From contig CM022665.1 in NCBI GenBank assembly GCA_012295275.1, forward strand, positions 34,472,001 through 34,536,000: a DNA stretch of 64,000 bases. The letters run 5' to 3'. The notes below the pieces were generated by a model. The model ran no database searches, was not told where the DNA came from, and saw only the letters and a list, made by a program, of their open reading frames with translations. Below, piece by piece: positions 49,501-62,873 of the stretch (its first letter is position 1; each line of letters begins with the position of its first letter). The stretch is from Chrysomallon squamiferum (Eukaryota; Animalia; Mollusca). The translations under genes and the position numbers were made by a program.

Positions 49501-52500
49501 ATGTTTTATTAAGGCTCAGTCTAGGGTAACAAGGTGCATTAATGGCCACCTAACAAGGAATATAAATGCTAAATTGACAGCAATCTACATAAATCACTAA
49601 GTCTATCTATCCACTAGAGAAATAAACACAAGTTAACATTCTAGTTAATTATTTAATTATGATATACAGGTGACTTGATAAAATATATGTTTAAGTAATT
49701 TTGATTAATGATATGAGAAAGGTCTTGCAGGGAACCAAGACAAAATAAGAATCTGCATGGAGGACATACTAAAACATTAAAATTTTAGGATATTTAAATG
49801 TTATTGACACAGTTTAATTGCACATTACACCCTTTCAAAATAAGAATAGACAATTGTTTACCATACTCGTCTGTAAAGACAATGTCATTCAAAAACAGTG
49901 GTTTCCCCTCCTGACTGAACTCTCATCTTGACCATTTCCTTCGCTCTCCCTACTTATGAATGAATGAAAAAAATTAACGTGCTAATCAGAGCTAGCTGTT
50001 GTGAAGCACGTTCTACTTATCAAATGCCAGCCTTTTTATAACAATGCCATGGAGTTGAAAAATTAGTGGAAACAATAAAAAGTGTGGATGTGATTGTAGT
50101 TACAATTAAAGTTACGCAATTTCAATTCCATTGCAAACATAAAAAAAGTGGATGTGATTTGAAGTAACAATTAAAGTTATGCAATCTGAATTCTGTGACA
50201 CCGTTTTCGTTTAATTGAAACTTAAAAGTGTAGCAGGACTTGTATATATATCTATATCTATATCTATATCTTTCTACCTGTCTATATCTTGTCTGTCTAT
50301 CTATCTGTACGAAACTCTGTTATTAAAAAATATATTAAACTGTTTTCTGTTTCAGGATAAAGTCTCCCATGAACTGTATGGACTGGCTCAGACAATAACT
50401 GAAGAAGTGAAAACAAAGATTGCTGATAAACTTGAGTAAGAACCTTTATTATTATTTTATTTATTTTTTCATTTTTTTTCTTCACATTCTTATATTAGTA
50501 AATAAAAAGATATATGAAGATAAAACTGTTGATGGAAACATTATTTCCAGTAGGCTTTTTTCACTATCTTGCAACCAGAGTACTAATAGACCATCTAAGT
50601 GTTTTTCTGTGAGGAGATATTTATAAAACATCTCTCAGTGATGATAAATAACAGTAGTCTAAAGAATAGGTGCATTAGTTATCTCTAATACTATCATTAT
50701 AAAATAATGTTCAGTTCCTTGCAGCTGTTAATTAAAAATGTATGGAGTAAACATACATGTCATACATGAATTCCAAATTCACTATAAAATTTATTAAATA
50801 TTTCAATATTTTAATATTTCTTTCTTTGTTTTATCTGGTATTTAATTAAAATTTACTTAAAACAGATTCTGCCATGACAAAATTTCAAAGATTATGCCTC
50901 TTCTGTTGCCAGAGGAGCAGTCTGGTGCTGTGGTTTCTGTGGCATCATCAATATCCTGTCGTCTAGCTGAAGAACGAATCACACTGTGGTTCAACATGCA
51001 CATCACCGAAAGTAAGTAAAAACAATATTGTAGATAGTTAAAAGTAACTGCTAAAAGTTTACTGTGTAAATATGTTCTTTTGGCTGCATGTCACTGGTGT
51101 ACATAGTAAAACATCCAACCCTACTAAAACCACAAAATATATATATAAAACTTTTTAGTAGATAATTGTATATTGCAGGTATCATCTCGGCGTGTATTTT
51201 GATGTGGCATGGGTTTTAATTCACCATTGTTAAATAACAAGTGCAGAAATGGGTTTTTTTACCTACCAAATAAAGCAATGATTCCTATTTGCATGTTTGC
51301 ATTTAACATAACCATATAGCTAATAGTACTGTTTTTCATGAGGTAATTTTTAGTCATACATAAACAACCCTGTATCTCCAAAGTTTCACAGTGAATTTCA
51401 CCCACAAACTGCACAAAACACATCTGTCTGCTGACAGTCAGAATACTTAAATAATTAGGCAACGACCACTTCAATCTATTTTTATGGAACTCACTTGCAC
51501 ATTCTGCGTCAAAACCCATACTGCGTTAAAAAGGTAAGAATGTTACAATGTACCCATACTAACTAGAAACAAAGAAAATCTTGAAATATATACATTGAAT
51601 TTAATGTTTATATTTTAATAATGTATATTTTAGGTTATGTCTCTGTCAATAATAAGTAAAACATTGTTATTTCTGCACAACACAAGATTGTTGCTTATCT
51701 GTGTCAAAACCATTATCTCAAGGATACTTGTATAATTATTTTTCAAGTTTGTAATTAATGCTTTTTAGTATATCATTTTGTATTGCAAATACATAATTTT
51801 CCTTCAGTTTTATAATCCAAATTAATTCAGGCTATTGACAAAATCTGTCTGCTGCATTTTATAAGCACTGTAAAAAATAAAATTTACAAATAGTTACATT
51901 TAATACTTTTTTTGATATATTACTGAATCATGTTCTGTTGCACATGATCTTATTTTGTCACTGCTTTTATGGGTCTGAAGGTTCTAATTTTATTGCTTTG
52001 TTATTGTAATACTTTTTTACATTTTAACTGGATTTTATATTTAAAATTACATAGTTTTGATTTCTTAATATTTAAATAAAAATTCAGTAGAAGGGGGATG
52101 AGAATATTAAAAAAATGCATCCCTCATGCAAACCAGAAATAGATTTGAAATAAAATATATTTAATGTAAAATTGTAAATATTAAGGTACTTAAATTTATA
52201 GTCTAAAATTATATCATGGACATTATGTGTATAAGCAAATAAATAAATGAAGATAAACTAAAGTGTTGTGATCTCCCTTGATTCTTGTAGGTATGTATCT
52301 TAAAGAACTGACAACTGAGCTTGACAGACTCACGAAAGCTGATCTGTTGAACAAATCAAAGACAAACACTACAGAGACATCTGTAATTGACAGCAGTAAT
52401 TTTCAAACAGAAAATGACATAATTAAAGAAAAACTCGCACAAAGCAAAGAAAACTATGCACATAAGATGTTACCTGAAAGTGCAATACCATTATCAGAAA

Positions 52501-55500
52501 TCCTTGTAGATATTAAGGTAATTTTGATTCTTACTAAATATAAATATTACAAATTTATGGAAGAAATCGTTTTTTTGTTTTTCAGTGTATTTTAATTATA
52601 ATGTTCAACATATATAGAAGACATAATAATACAAGAAAATTATCAGTTATATATAAAACAGTAATATAAATGATATTGTTTAGATTTCATTAATTCTGAC
52701 TAAAAGTCCAACTCATGTATTTATTAAAACTTGTACTTAAGTATATTTTTCCTTTGCTCGCATATTTTTTAATGTCTTTATAAAAGTATTAAATTTGAAA
52801 TTTCAGAAGGTAATTCCCCACATGTGTTTCTGTTTTGCAGTATGTGGTTAGAAATGTTCTGCTGTCACCAGATGAACCCATTGAACTAGACAAAACTAAT
52901 CGTCTTTTGACTGAAGCTTATAACTCTTTAAATTTTAGAAAGGTTTATAATAATAATAAAAAGTTTTGACTTCACTGATTTTGAGGAACATTATCATAAA
53001 TTGTAATTTTCTATCAAGTGCACATAATTTAATAATAACTAAATATTATTTTTATCTGTCAAAGACTCAAAATAATTGAGAAACAAATTTTTGATTTGAT
53101 TTTATCACATTGTTGTGTAAATTTTATTTCTATCTACCATTCTAAATATAACTGGTATTGATGACTGTTTATAATTTTTGTTATAAGAGTGCTTTGTGTG
53201 TATATATATATATATATTATTTTATTTTTATTTTTTTTGCACCTCTTATTTTTTTAAGGACATTTTAACACAGGCAACAAAATGTCTTTCACAACTGTTG
53301 TTAGATGTGGTGCTGGCTGTCAGTGAGTATCATTATCTACTGAATAAATGTTTACAATTCTGTATTAAATTTTTCAATATAATTAACAGGGAACTCGTGT
53401 ATCCATGGGTCCCCCATAATCTTTCATTTAAGACTTTTATTATAATTACTTTGTGATTACATATACTGTATTATCATATTATGTCCTTAGCTTATTATGT
53501 GTTTCTGTATGTGGGTGTGGGTGTAGGTGTTTCTTGCTTTCTGTTTATGTTTGTATGTGTATCAGATACCATGCTGCATAGATTAACAAATGTTTTGAAT
53601 GGATATTAAAAAAAACATTTCTTCACTTTTTTTTTACAAGAATGATAAGTGTCATTCCATGTCAAATCACCCCAAAAAAAAGAAAGATTTAAACCCGACC
53701 GTCTCAGATTTTTATAAAACTTTTAGTTGTCGTTTTCCCTTTTTCTTGATGCTGTTTTATCCAACACAAATAAAAAAATGTTCAGTTTGGAAAATATTGG
53801 AGTACCTTGACCTTTTGACCTTTGCTATGACCTTGAAATTGACCGTGTGGATTACGTGACCTTGAGATGACCTTTATTGAAATTTAATCTCCCACATGTT
53901 AACTAAAACATATAAAAGTTTCCTGGGTGTAATATTTTTTGTTTAGCCACAATATAGATTTAAAAAATGCACATACATGAAAATAACACCTTTTCAGCCA
54001 TTAACATCTGATTAACTAAAACAGTGGTTCTCAAACTTTTTTTGCCAAAGGCACACCTTGGAACACATGAAAAAATAGTGGCACACCTGGCTAAATATAT
54101 AAGAAAAATATTTGAATTTTGTAAAGTAAAAACATGGCAAGTCGTAGACGGCATACAATCACAGACACAGACTAGTCATAGACACATAGAATGACTCAAA
54201 CTAAATAAAGAAAAACACAGCTATACTTCACTGCAGTGTTTCGAATTTCATCAGTCAAATAGCTGGCTTCTTTAGTGAGAAATTTACTGTTTGTTTTATT
54301 TTTGGACCACATGGTTTTTCGCATTTTCTTAGTATGCCGTTCAAAATTTGGCGGCACACTTAGGAATATCTTGTGGCACACCAGTGTGCCGCGGCACACT
54401 GGTTGAGAATCACTGAACTAAAACCTGAATGATCAATTCTGGATGCTAGAAATCACCATCTCTCTTGATCATCGAGTAAGACATTGTAGGCCTACATGTA
54501 TGCATAAAGTTCACATATAAAAGTTTCCTGGGTGTAATATTTTTTGTTTAGCCATAATAGAGATTTAAAAAATGCATACCTGCATTGATGATTGATACAA
54601 TGCATTACAATGTACATTTTCTCTGAGACCAAAAACTCATCTTTGGAGTTAAAACCCACCTGACATGCCTGAAAAGATGCCAAATGGCATGCAATGTTCT
54701 ACACATAACAATTTTATGAAGATTGGCCCAGTAGTTCCTGAGATATGAGGGTTCTAAGGTTGGTGGTCACACCCATTTTTGCCAAGAATCTCAAAATTCG
54801 GTGGGCCATATCTCCCACACCACTGGTCTGATTGGGCTAAAATTTCAGATTTGGTGCTGTGGGATCCCAGTTAACAAGAGTACCAAGTTTTATTAAAAAA
54901 ATCTGAGATGGTCGGGTTTAACCCATTCGGTGATTTGATACGGAATGACCCGTAACAAATAACATATTTTGATTTGTGTTGGATGAAACAGCATCAAGAA
55001 AAAGGGAAAACGACAACTAAATTGTTTCTTATAAACTAATTTAAATTGCTGACATACTTTAATGTTTATAGTAAGCAGATACTTAAGAATACATGTAAAA
55101 ATCATTCTGAAGTATTATGTATGTAAAATGAAATGTGTGTCTTTGTTTGCAGTTTGTGAAAAGAGTCACAAGATAGATAATCCTGTCATACATCAGTGTA
55201 TAAAACTGTGGAAAGAATGTCTGGAAAGTGTTACAGAACTACAACATATCTGTTCTCCAAGGATTCTCTACAGCTTGGCAAAGAGTAGACATCCTGAAGT
55301 ACGTGTTCTTTATAATTAATAGAAGTGTAATTCCTTAAAAGTAATTATATTTTTTGAAATATCTAATGGCTGATATCATCTGTAACATAGCCAGTGATCT
55401 GTATCAAAGAGAGAGAAAAAACGTTTTTTCAGTAGAATGGCTTTTCCAGTTTTTCAAACCATTAAGCTATATCAGTTGTTGACAGGAATGGTTAAAAAAA

Positions 55501-56391
55501 GAAAAAAAAAGAAAAGAGAATCCTCTACTTTATGTTAATATTGAGATCCCAGAAGCATGTAGTCATCAGATAATTAGATTTGGTATGAGTCGAAGAAATA
55601 TGTAAAATGCATCTTTTTTAATCTTTTCATTTTCAGATATCCTGGAAAAAATATGCAGAGTTTGTGATACTTTTACTGGAAAACAAGTTGCTAACACCAT
55701 CCAGTTTTCAAGACAGCTGTTCACAACTTGTACAAAAGTCTGAGGTATGTGTTTAATTGATACAGCCTCAAAATATGGTAGACATTAATATATTTAATTT
55801 TGGTAGTAATGCAATCAGTACGTTTTTTAAGAGTATTCTGATACCAATTTAACAACTTATGTTCCATTCATTGATTCATAGACATTTTGTTGTGAATCAT
55901 CTCTACATTCCATTGACTAAGTCCATTTCTTATTTCATCATGCATTTCATTAGTCTGATTTCTTAGTTTTGTTCACCAGTTTTGTCAGCATTTGTTTGCC
56001 TTTTTATTTCCTATTCTTTGGTTTGATTTGTATAATTATTTTGTTTGATACTGATGTTCATTTAAAAATAGTTCATTTGTTTTTAATTTAGACTTACAAA
56101 GAAGAGTTTGGTCAGTGTCTGTGTTTGATAATAGAACATTTTAAACAGCTGGGTTCTGATTTGCTGTGTCTAAATGAGATGTTAGACAAGATTTTGATTA
56201 CAAAACAGAAGAAAACAGAACTTTCTGATAAGAATTTAGATGCATCTTTGTCCAAGCAGAAAACAGGCCACACTGGAGAAGATTTTGTTACAGAAGTGTT
56301 GGATACCAAAAAAGAAAACTTCACTGACTATGATAACACTCAAAGTATGAAATGGACTGAACTTTTCCAGCCAAAAGAAACAAGTGGTTAA
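35703..56391 (+). CDS. CDAN1: Codanin-1 (discs lost orthologue), 27 coding exons
   Basis: GT-AG, phase-consistent exons: 35703-35783, 36212-36894, 37627-37872, 38288-38478, 39440-39532, 39848-39926, 40155-40278, 40703-40815, 41712-41877, 42504-42601, 42888-43048, 43276-43341, 44022-44165, 44624-44790, 46397-46478, 46748-46837, 47089-47143, 47371-47495, 48031-48228, 50356-50435, 50866-51011, 52291-52517, 52841-52942, 53259-53322, 55153-55298, 55637-55744, 56092-56391. Codanin motifs: FVPYFLNYLR, SRRIKPT, PNVIQELYFLTQLLTAR, VSFQADTDNRKNFPSDKSFHQFKKQRD, EEFFRDFI, TIPWVIEYLSMMD, LLYICCPY, FFHNHPASLKRTVEFVAER. Confidence 0.92.
38541..39110. mobile_element. Tc1/mariner-pogo-type MITE in CDAN1 intron 4
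   Basis: TA|ctgtatatacttgtgtacaaggcga ... tcgacttatacacaagtatatacga|TA, with internal repeats of gtataagtcga. Confidence 0.8.
41375..41740 (+). repeat. Degenerate ~50-bp tandem array resembling the CDAN1 exon-9 acceptor region
   Basis: Units like ttgtttcagagata.tttta(c/t)aagttaatt start at ~41379, 41448, 41497, 41549, 41598 and 41649; the real junction unit is at 41703. Confidence 0.6.
48981..49501. mobile_element. Foldback element made of two inverted Tc1/mariner transposase 3' ends
   Basis: 49023-49150 is inverted at ~49304-49434, and 48981-49003 at 49448-49470. The + frame reads FPDRWVEHRGP..IEEHIRNAYNLVTRKMLTGVGEECLKRWAMCLEKEGAHVE, like a Tc1/mariner transposase C-terminus. Ends cacaccttgTA. 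Confidence 0.75.
50076..50193. repeat. Imperfect tandem duplication, ~63-bp unit
   Basis: gtggatgtgatt..ag(tt/ta)acaattaaagtta(c/t)gcaat occurs twice. Confidence 0.6.
53646..55021. mobile_element. Composite non-autonomous DNA element(s) with two inverted-repeat pairs in CDAN1 intron 24
   Basis: Pair A: 53646-53722 / 54885-54955. Pair B: 53722-53782 / 54961-55021. Internal gaccttga motifs and a ~65-bp direct repeat (~53909 / ~54514). Confidence 0.75.
54022..54415. mobile_element. hAT (Charlie/Buster-type) MITE nested in the composite element
   Basis: TIRs cagtggttctcaa / ttgagaatcactg; exact 8-bp TSD aactaaaa at 54014-54021 and 54416-54423; internal ggcacac motifs. Confidence 0.88.
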
Positions 56392-57134
56392 TATTTAATA
56401 TAGAAATGAAAATATTACAATATTTGAAAAAAAAAAGAGTCATATCTCAATAATATATCATACATTGCATTGTTTAACACAAATTATGTATGCACATGCA
56501 TAATCTTAGAGCACAAATATTAAGTGAAAATATTAAATATGACCTTTCTTTTTAAAGTTACAGAAATATTTTTTTCTTGAAGTCCAGTATTTTGTACTTA
56601 AATTTAATAATTTTTTAATATTTTTTTAAACTACGAGAAGGTGCTTCTTTATTATATAAGGAAATTATCTAACCTAAATTTCATTGCATGATTTTGTTTT
56701 GCTATTCATATTTTATATTCTTACAACTTCTGACTATGCAATATTTTGTATTTTGCAATGCTGTGCATATGCTGTAATAAATTATATAAGCTACTACTCA
56801 GGACATTGTTCAAAGTCCACATGATATGCCAGTTCTAAATTTTGCCTCATATAAATAGTTATATAAAATGGATGTAATTTTTTTTAAATTGCTATTTACC
56901 AAAAGTATTTTTTTATAACTACTGCTGAAAGTCATATTGTACTAGTGATAATACTGGGCATTAATATTTAAAGACATTTATATTTAGTAAAGGACAATTG
57001 TTTTTTTTAACTGCTAAATTTTTATTAAAAATATTAATATCTACATTTATGAACTAAATATTTTGTTTTTGTAGCTGTTTTGTAATATATTTTTTTTCTT
57101 GATAAATAGCAGTAGCTGTTACGTAATTGTTATA

Positions 57135-57140
57135 AATAAA
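57135..57140 (+). terminator. Candidate CDAN1 polyadenylation signal
   Basis: AATAAA ~750 bp after the stop, following an AT-rich UTR-like stretch; other hexamers are possible. Confidence 0.35.
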
Positions 57141-57978
57141 GACGACAAAATATTTTAACAGTCACACAAGTCTCTTTTCATATACCCATGTGTCTTACTT
57201 AAAACTACATGAGTTTTCTTGAAATTTTTAGATGCTAATTTTGAAAAGCAAAATTTAAGTTTTACAGGGGTACTTGGCTCAGTTATTGCATTTTAAATTC
57301 AAATAAAGAACTTGCTTCTAATTTTTTTAACACTTGGGAGTTACTTATAGGCATTTGGGTTTTAGTGGAAACGGTCACACATTTGTCATGTATCAGTAAT
57401 CTTAACAATGTATTCAATGCATTTTTAGTTTACTGTTATTTGGCGTTTTACAGATAAGGATCAGATAATGAAAGAAAACTTTCATGTTGTTCAGTTTGAC
57501 CTTTGTTTCCATTAATAGCAGTGGGAACTTTTATATTTACTCCTTCCCATAAACAGGAAAGCAAATACCACACTTTGCCATACAGTTCATGGGGCACTGG
57601 ATGGAGTGGGAAATAGTCCAGTTTGTACACCTGAAGAGCACAGATCTGATCCAAGGTGTACAGACCCCACCTCAAATTTGAGAAGTGTCCCCTTTTATAT
57701 AGGATTTAAAAAAAAAAAAAAAAAACATTATTTAAATTTCTGTCAATATATAGAACACTGTAGAATACACCTGTCAGCGTTCCTGTTGTAGTACTATTAT
57801 ATTATGGTCCATGTGAACCATGTGTAATTTTTCAATAAAGCCTTTTCATGTTACAGTGCCCTTTTTGCCATAGGCCCCCCCTCGTCAGAAAAGCTGGATC
57901 CGGCCCAACAGATCAGATGTCAGGTTACTTGTAAAGCAGAAAAAAGAAAAGAAACAAAATATTTTATAAACACAACAC

Positions 57979-57984
57979 TTTATT
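57979..57984 (-). terminator. Candidate polyadenylation signal of the midkine-repeat gene
   Basis: Minus-strand AATAAA followed by GTGTTGTGTTT, ~1.55 kb after the stop. Confidence 0.35.
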
Positions 57985-59533
57985 ATACATGTGTTGGTGA
58001 TATACAATATTAACACATAAAGCTTGGTGCTGATAATCAGAAATATTCAATACAAATGAGAAACTTTCCTTTCAAACTGTTTTATGAAACACTGTCCACT
58101 GTAAAAACCAAAATAACAAATGCCATGTTTTATTTTTGGAGGTCATAATATACAGTACTTGACTGTATTGCACACAAAATATTAAATGTAAATCTTCCAA
58201 ATAACCAAGACAAGGTGTATATACAAAAAATGGCAGGACAAAAAAATTAAATTCTTGTGTATTTTGTTGATTATTCTTGAAAATGACGGGTGAGATCAAG
58301 AACAAATGTTTGAGCTTTTTTTCCCCCTTTTTTTTTAGACAAATGTTTACACAGGGTTTGCTATCTATCTGTACATGTAAAACGGATAACATTTTTCTTT
58401 GATTTCAGTTAAAAATAAAATTTATCCTACAGTATACAGGTAATCACAGATAAAAAAAAATAAAAAATGAAGATAAGACAAAGTAACTGATTTATCTTTT
58501 AAAATAAAAAAAACTGGAATGATGCCCTCCAAGTTTATTTTTCAGTACTAATAAAATATTTTATAAACAAGAATAAAAATATCACTATAATTTTTAATGG
58601 AATTCATCAGTAACAATGGGCAAATGATAAAAAAATTTAAAATTGGGCTTTAAAGTTGAGTTTACATGCTACAATATGCAAGTTGCATATTTTACAATTC
58701 AAAATAAATAGCTTCATTAGTTGAATAAGAACTAAATAAAGGCACTTAAAGTTTTTATTTGCTGTATGACTTCACTAATTATTTTATAGTTACTCTCAAA
58801 AAACAAAAAATAACAATTTGCAATGAATTTCTTCATCGTTTGTAAACTTGGTTCATACTTGGTAATCAAGGAATAAAACAAAGTGCTTAGCTATTGTATA
58901 TCTTTACACAATTTTTACACAACAGTCACAAATATTGTGACATAAGCAAAACAACATCTGTATTCACAAATCTATAAATTGAAACAACGAACACATAAAA
59001 ATTTATAAATTTAAAAATCTATGGGGATCGGCTAAATAAAATGCAGCTTTAATTAGCTGATACAGTCTAAGACCAATCACTATTAATGCTAACAATCTAT
59101 ATATTTTCCCATGACTATAATAATATACACTTTTTTTTTAATACATATTTTGTAATAATAAAAAAAGAGAAAAAAGATCTAAATCTTAAATTAAAAATCT
59201 AAAAATATTTTTATGTTGCAATCTCAAACTGATACAGTTAAAAAAATATTGCCAATGCTTTCTTAAAATTACTAATTCAAAATTTAATAATAATATTATT
59301 AATACAATAGTAAAAAAAAATGATAATAGTGCTAATTTGTATCTGCATGTTAATGAAATTACATGCTATTTGATATTCATTTTTATCAATTTGTCTTTAA
59401 TTACCTTTCCTTTTATTTATTTATTTATTTTTTTAACCATTCCCTTACTCTTTTTATATATAGCTGCTGGAAACTATTAGAAAATGCTATATGTTGCTAG
59501 CTACGTCTACAGCTGTATCTATATGGGTCTAGA

Positions 59534-60598
59534 TTAACTACATGGTCTTGTTTTGACTGCTTTTCTTTCACAAGCAGCTCCTCCATGTATTACTTTTCTG
59601 TGTTTCATCATTACACCATTCATACATGAACTGAACTCTCCCCAAGGACCAAAAAAGCATCTCTCTGAAAAGTGTAATTTCAGTCATATTATATCTGAGA
59701 ATAGTACCGAAATTAAAATTACAATAATGCAAAATATAAAATCCTTGTGCAATTTTAAATGTTTATAATTACTGATTTATCCATGATAGAATGTATCTAT
59801 AAAAAGTATACCTGAAAATAATTTTTGGACTTTAAAATATATTTATGATGGAGATTCTTAATTTTCAACATGAGCACCATCATATTAATGAAAATCAGCT
59901 GCAAATTGCATTTCTAGATCTTAAGAATCACAATTTATATTTATAAACATATTTAAAAATCAAAAAATGTTTTTCTCTTATCCTCTTTAGATATCAATTC
60001 TGTCGTGCACAGATCAGAAGTTATAAAAATTTAAAAATAGCACAAGTTTTTAAAAGAACCCCATGTATTATAATTAAAACTTTGAAGAAAGGTAATCTGT
60101 TAGGCTAATTTTGAATTCAGTGTCCAACCTAAAGGAAGTAAAAAACATTTGCTTCCAATGAAAGAAATAATGTAATAATGTGTTATTTTTCTACTTTAGT
60201 TTTGTTTCAAACTTAAAAAAGTATTATAAACAGTAAAATTTTACATCTAAATATCAGTAAAATTAAGGTAGCTTCTGTAATTTACCAGCTGTAAGAAACA
60301 AACCAAAACATAACATTATATTAATTTCATTTATGTTAAATGTTTATTGACATTTAGATTAATGCTTTTAAATCACTTCAGAATATTTCCATAATTCTGA
60401 AGGATCGGAATTCTGATTATTATTAATATTAAATTATATAACTCACCATTTCCATTTGGTCTAGTACATGATTTAGAAAACGTTATCTCCGGCTTACAGC
60501 TTGATTTATCGCCCTTTATCAAGTACTTTGTCCTTGACCTTTTTTGTGTTTCTGGATTACATTCAGTCCAATTACCAAATGAATATTTACATTCTACA

Positions 60599-60648
<50 letters not shown>

Positions 60649-61596
60649 CAACTACAACAATAACAATAATAACAAATTTAAATAATAATAAAATGATAAT
60701 TAATTTTATTGCTTAGGTTTATGTCATTTAGTTAGACGTCCATTCGACCGTAAAATTTAAAAGCGCTTTAAAATTCTGAAAAAAAATTAAGTCTACAGTT
60801 ATTAAACAATTTGGAAAAACAATTCGTCTTAATTCGAATAAGCCACAAACTATAATTTTAAGAAAATCTTTCACACTAAATTCATTCATTTATAAAATAA
60901 ACTAATTATCGTATAAAAGTGACGACAAATGCTTGAAGCTAGGAAAGGTAATTAATTTGTACTTCACAAATCCATTGCCAATGAATTGTTATCTAACACA
61001 GAAAACCAATTATGTTTATTAAGAACAAACTACTCTTTATATATATATAACACTTACGTTTTCGACATTTTCTTGTTAATTCTTTCTTTTGTTCACACAC
61101 ATCTGGGTCACCCCTCTTTAAAGACAACAGTCTCGTCATTTCGTTAGTTTCAGGGTTACACTTGCTCCATGGACCAAATGCATATTTGCATTCTGTAATA
61201 ATAATATTAATAATAAATAAATAAATAAAAATAAAATAACATTAATAAATAATACAAAGCAGTTTAATAATAATATCACTTCACAAAGTATCAGAAAGTT
61301 ACATGGTTTGTTAAAAATTAATGGCTGTTAAAGCTAAATAAAAATGGATTGCTATAACGTAGTCATAATCACTTTCGGTCAGTCACCCATGTTATAATAT
61401 AAGTGTATAGTTGATATATTTTTTAATTTATTCTTTATTTTCAAATTTTTTATTTCTAGAAATCTAAGCTGCTCATTATAACAAATGATAAAGAACTCGC
61501 CAGAAATATATTAAGTTCAAGATAGTTCCTAATCGGTGAGACCATGGTTTTTATGTTTGTTTGTTTTATTTTTTTTTTTAATTAATTAATTAATTA

Positions 61597-61650
<54 letters not shown>

Positions 61651-62203
61651 TTTTCTCATTTCAGCCAATGCTCAAAATAACTTGATAAAGGTTGTATATG
61701 TACTGTTTTTATGTATAAGTAATGCAGGTAAAAGATCCTTTGCTGCTAATTGAAAAAAGTAATCCTTCACGTGGTAATTGTATGAAACCTCGATCCTTAT
61801 CTCTGAGATCCATAACCATTTACTTGCAATTTCGGATGCTGTATTACTCTATATGACATATTATGTGCTCTCTGTATAGTTTCATTAAACATTAATTTTC
61901 TTCCAACTTTCTTCAGAAATCCAGTTTTTAGTGGTTGTTTTACGTTCTCTGCATAAAAATGCGAATAGGAGAAGCCGAAAGCGGGTTACAAAAAGGCAAC
62001 CATAACCTAATTATTTAATTAGCCTATAGTAATTACCTTTAGCTGCAGATAAAGCAGCTCTACGTTTACAAGTGCGACTAATTTCCTTTATTGGTTGACA
62101 TTTAGTTTCATCTCCTCGTTTTAGCGTCAGCGTTCTCGTCATCATGTTGGTCAGAGGGTTACACTGACTCCATGGGGCACGTTGATATTTACATGCTGCA
62201 AAG

Positions 62204-62236
<33 letters not shown>

Positions 62237-62830
62237 AACAAAAAAACCCAGACAAAACAAATCCTTGATGATTCACAAAGTAAAATACATTAGGAAATAA
62301 ATTTTATAATGATTACGATTTAATGGATAATTCATCTGGTTAAATGAGGAGATATAACAAAATAAAATATCATTTTTGATATTTATGGTCGTATGAATAC
62401 TACAATTACGGTATTTGGGTGAATTTTGAAATCTTTTTAAATGTTTTTTTTTTTTTTTTTCTTTCGCCAAAATGATTACAGTATTATGTAACGTAATTCA
62501 CGAAACATTTTCGATAATTTGTTTCCAATGTCTAAAGAAACAAAAATTGTTGTAACAAAACTTTACACGTTTCGTGTGCTTGGCAGAAAAGTCGTTTGCT
62601 AGTCACTTAATGGGAATATTAATTACAAAATATATTATTTTTTTATAAAAAAAAAAAGAAAGTATTTTCACGAAATGTAGACGAATGGATAGAAAATGAA
62701 TAAACTTCAAATTTAGATTCTCCCCCCCCAAAAAAAATAAAATAAAATAAGAAGAAAGTAAACAAAGAATAAAGAACAACAACAAAATTAAAAAAAAAGA
62801 TATTAATAATAAAAATAAAATAAAATAAAA

Positions 62831-62873
<43 letters not shown>

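Noticed and set aside
14739-56391. Functional cluster of replication-linked SDE2 and CDAN1, or a link between the SDE2 UBL and the CUE-like ADAM tail
   Set aside because: Proximity alone is not evidence in animal genomes, and the proteins act in different compartments
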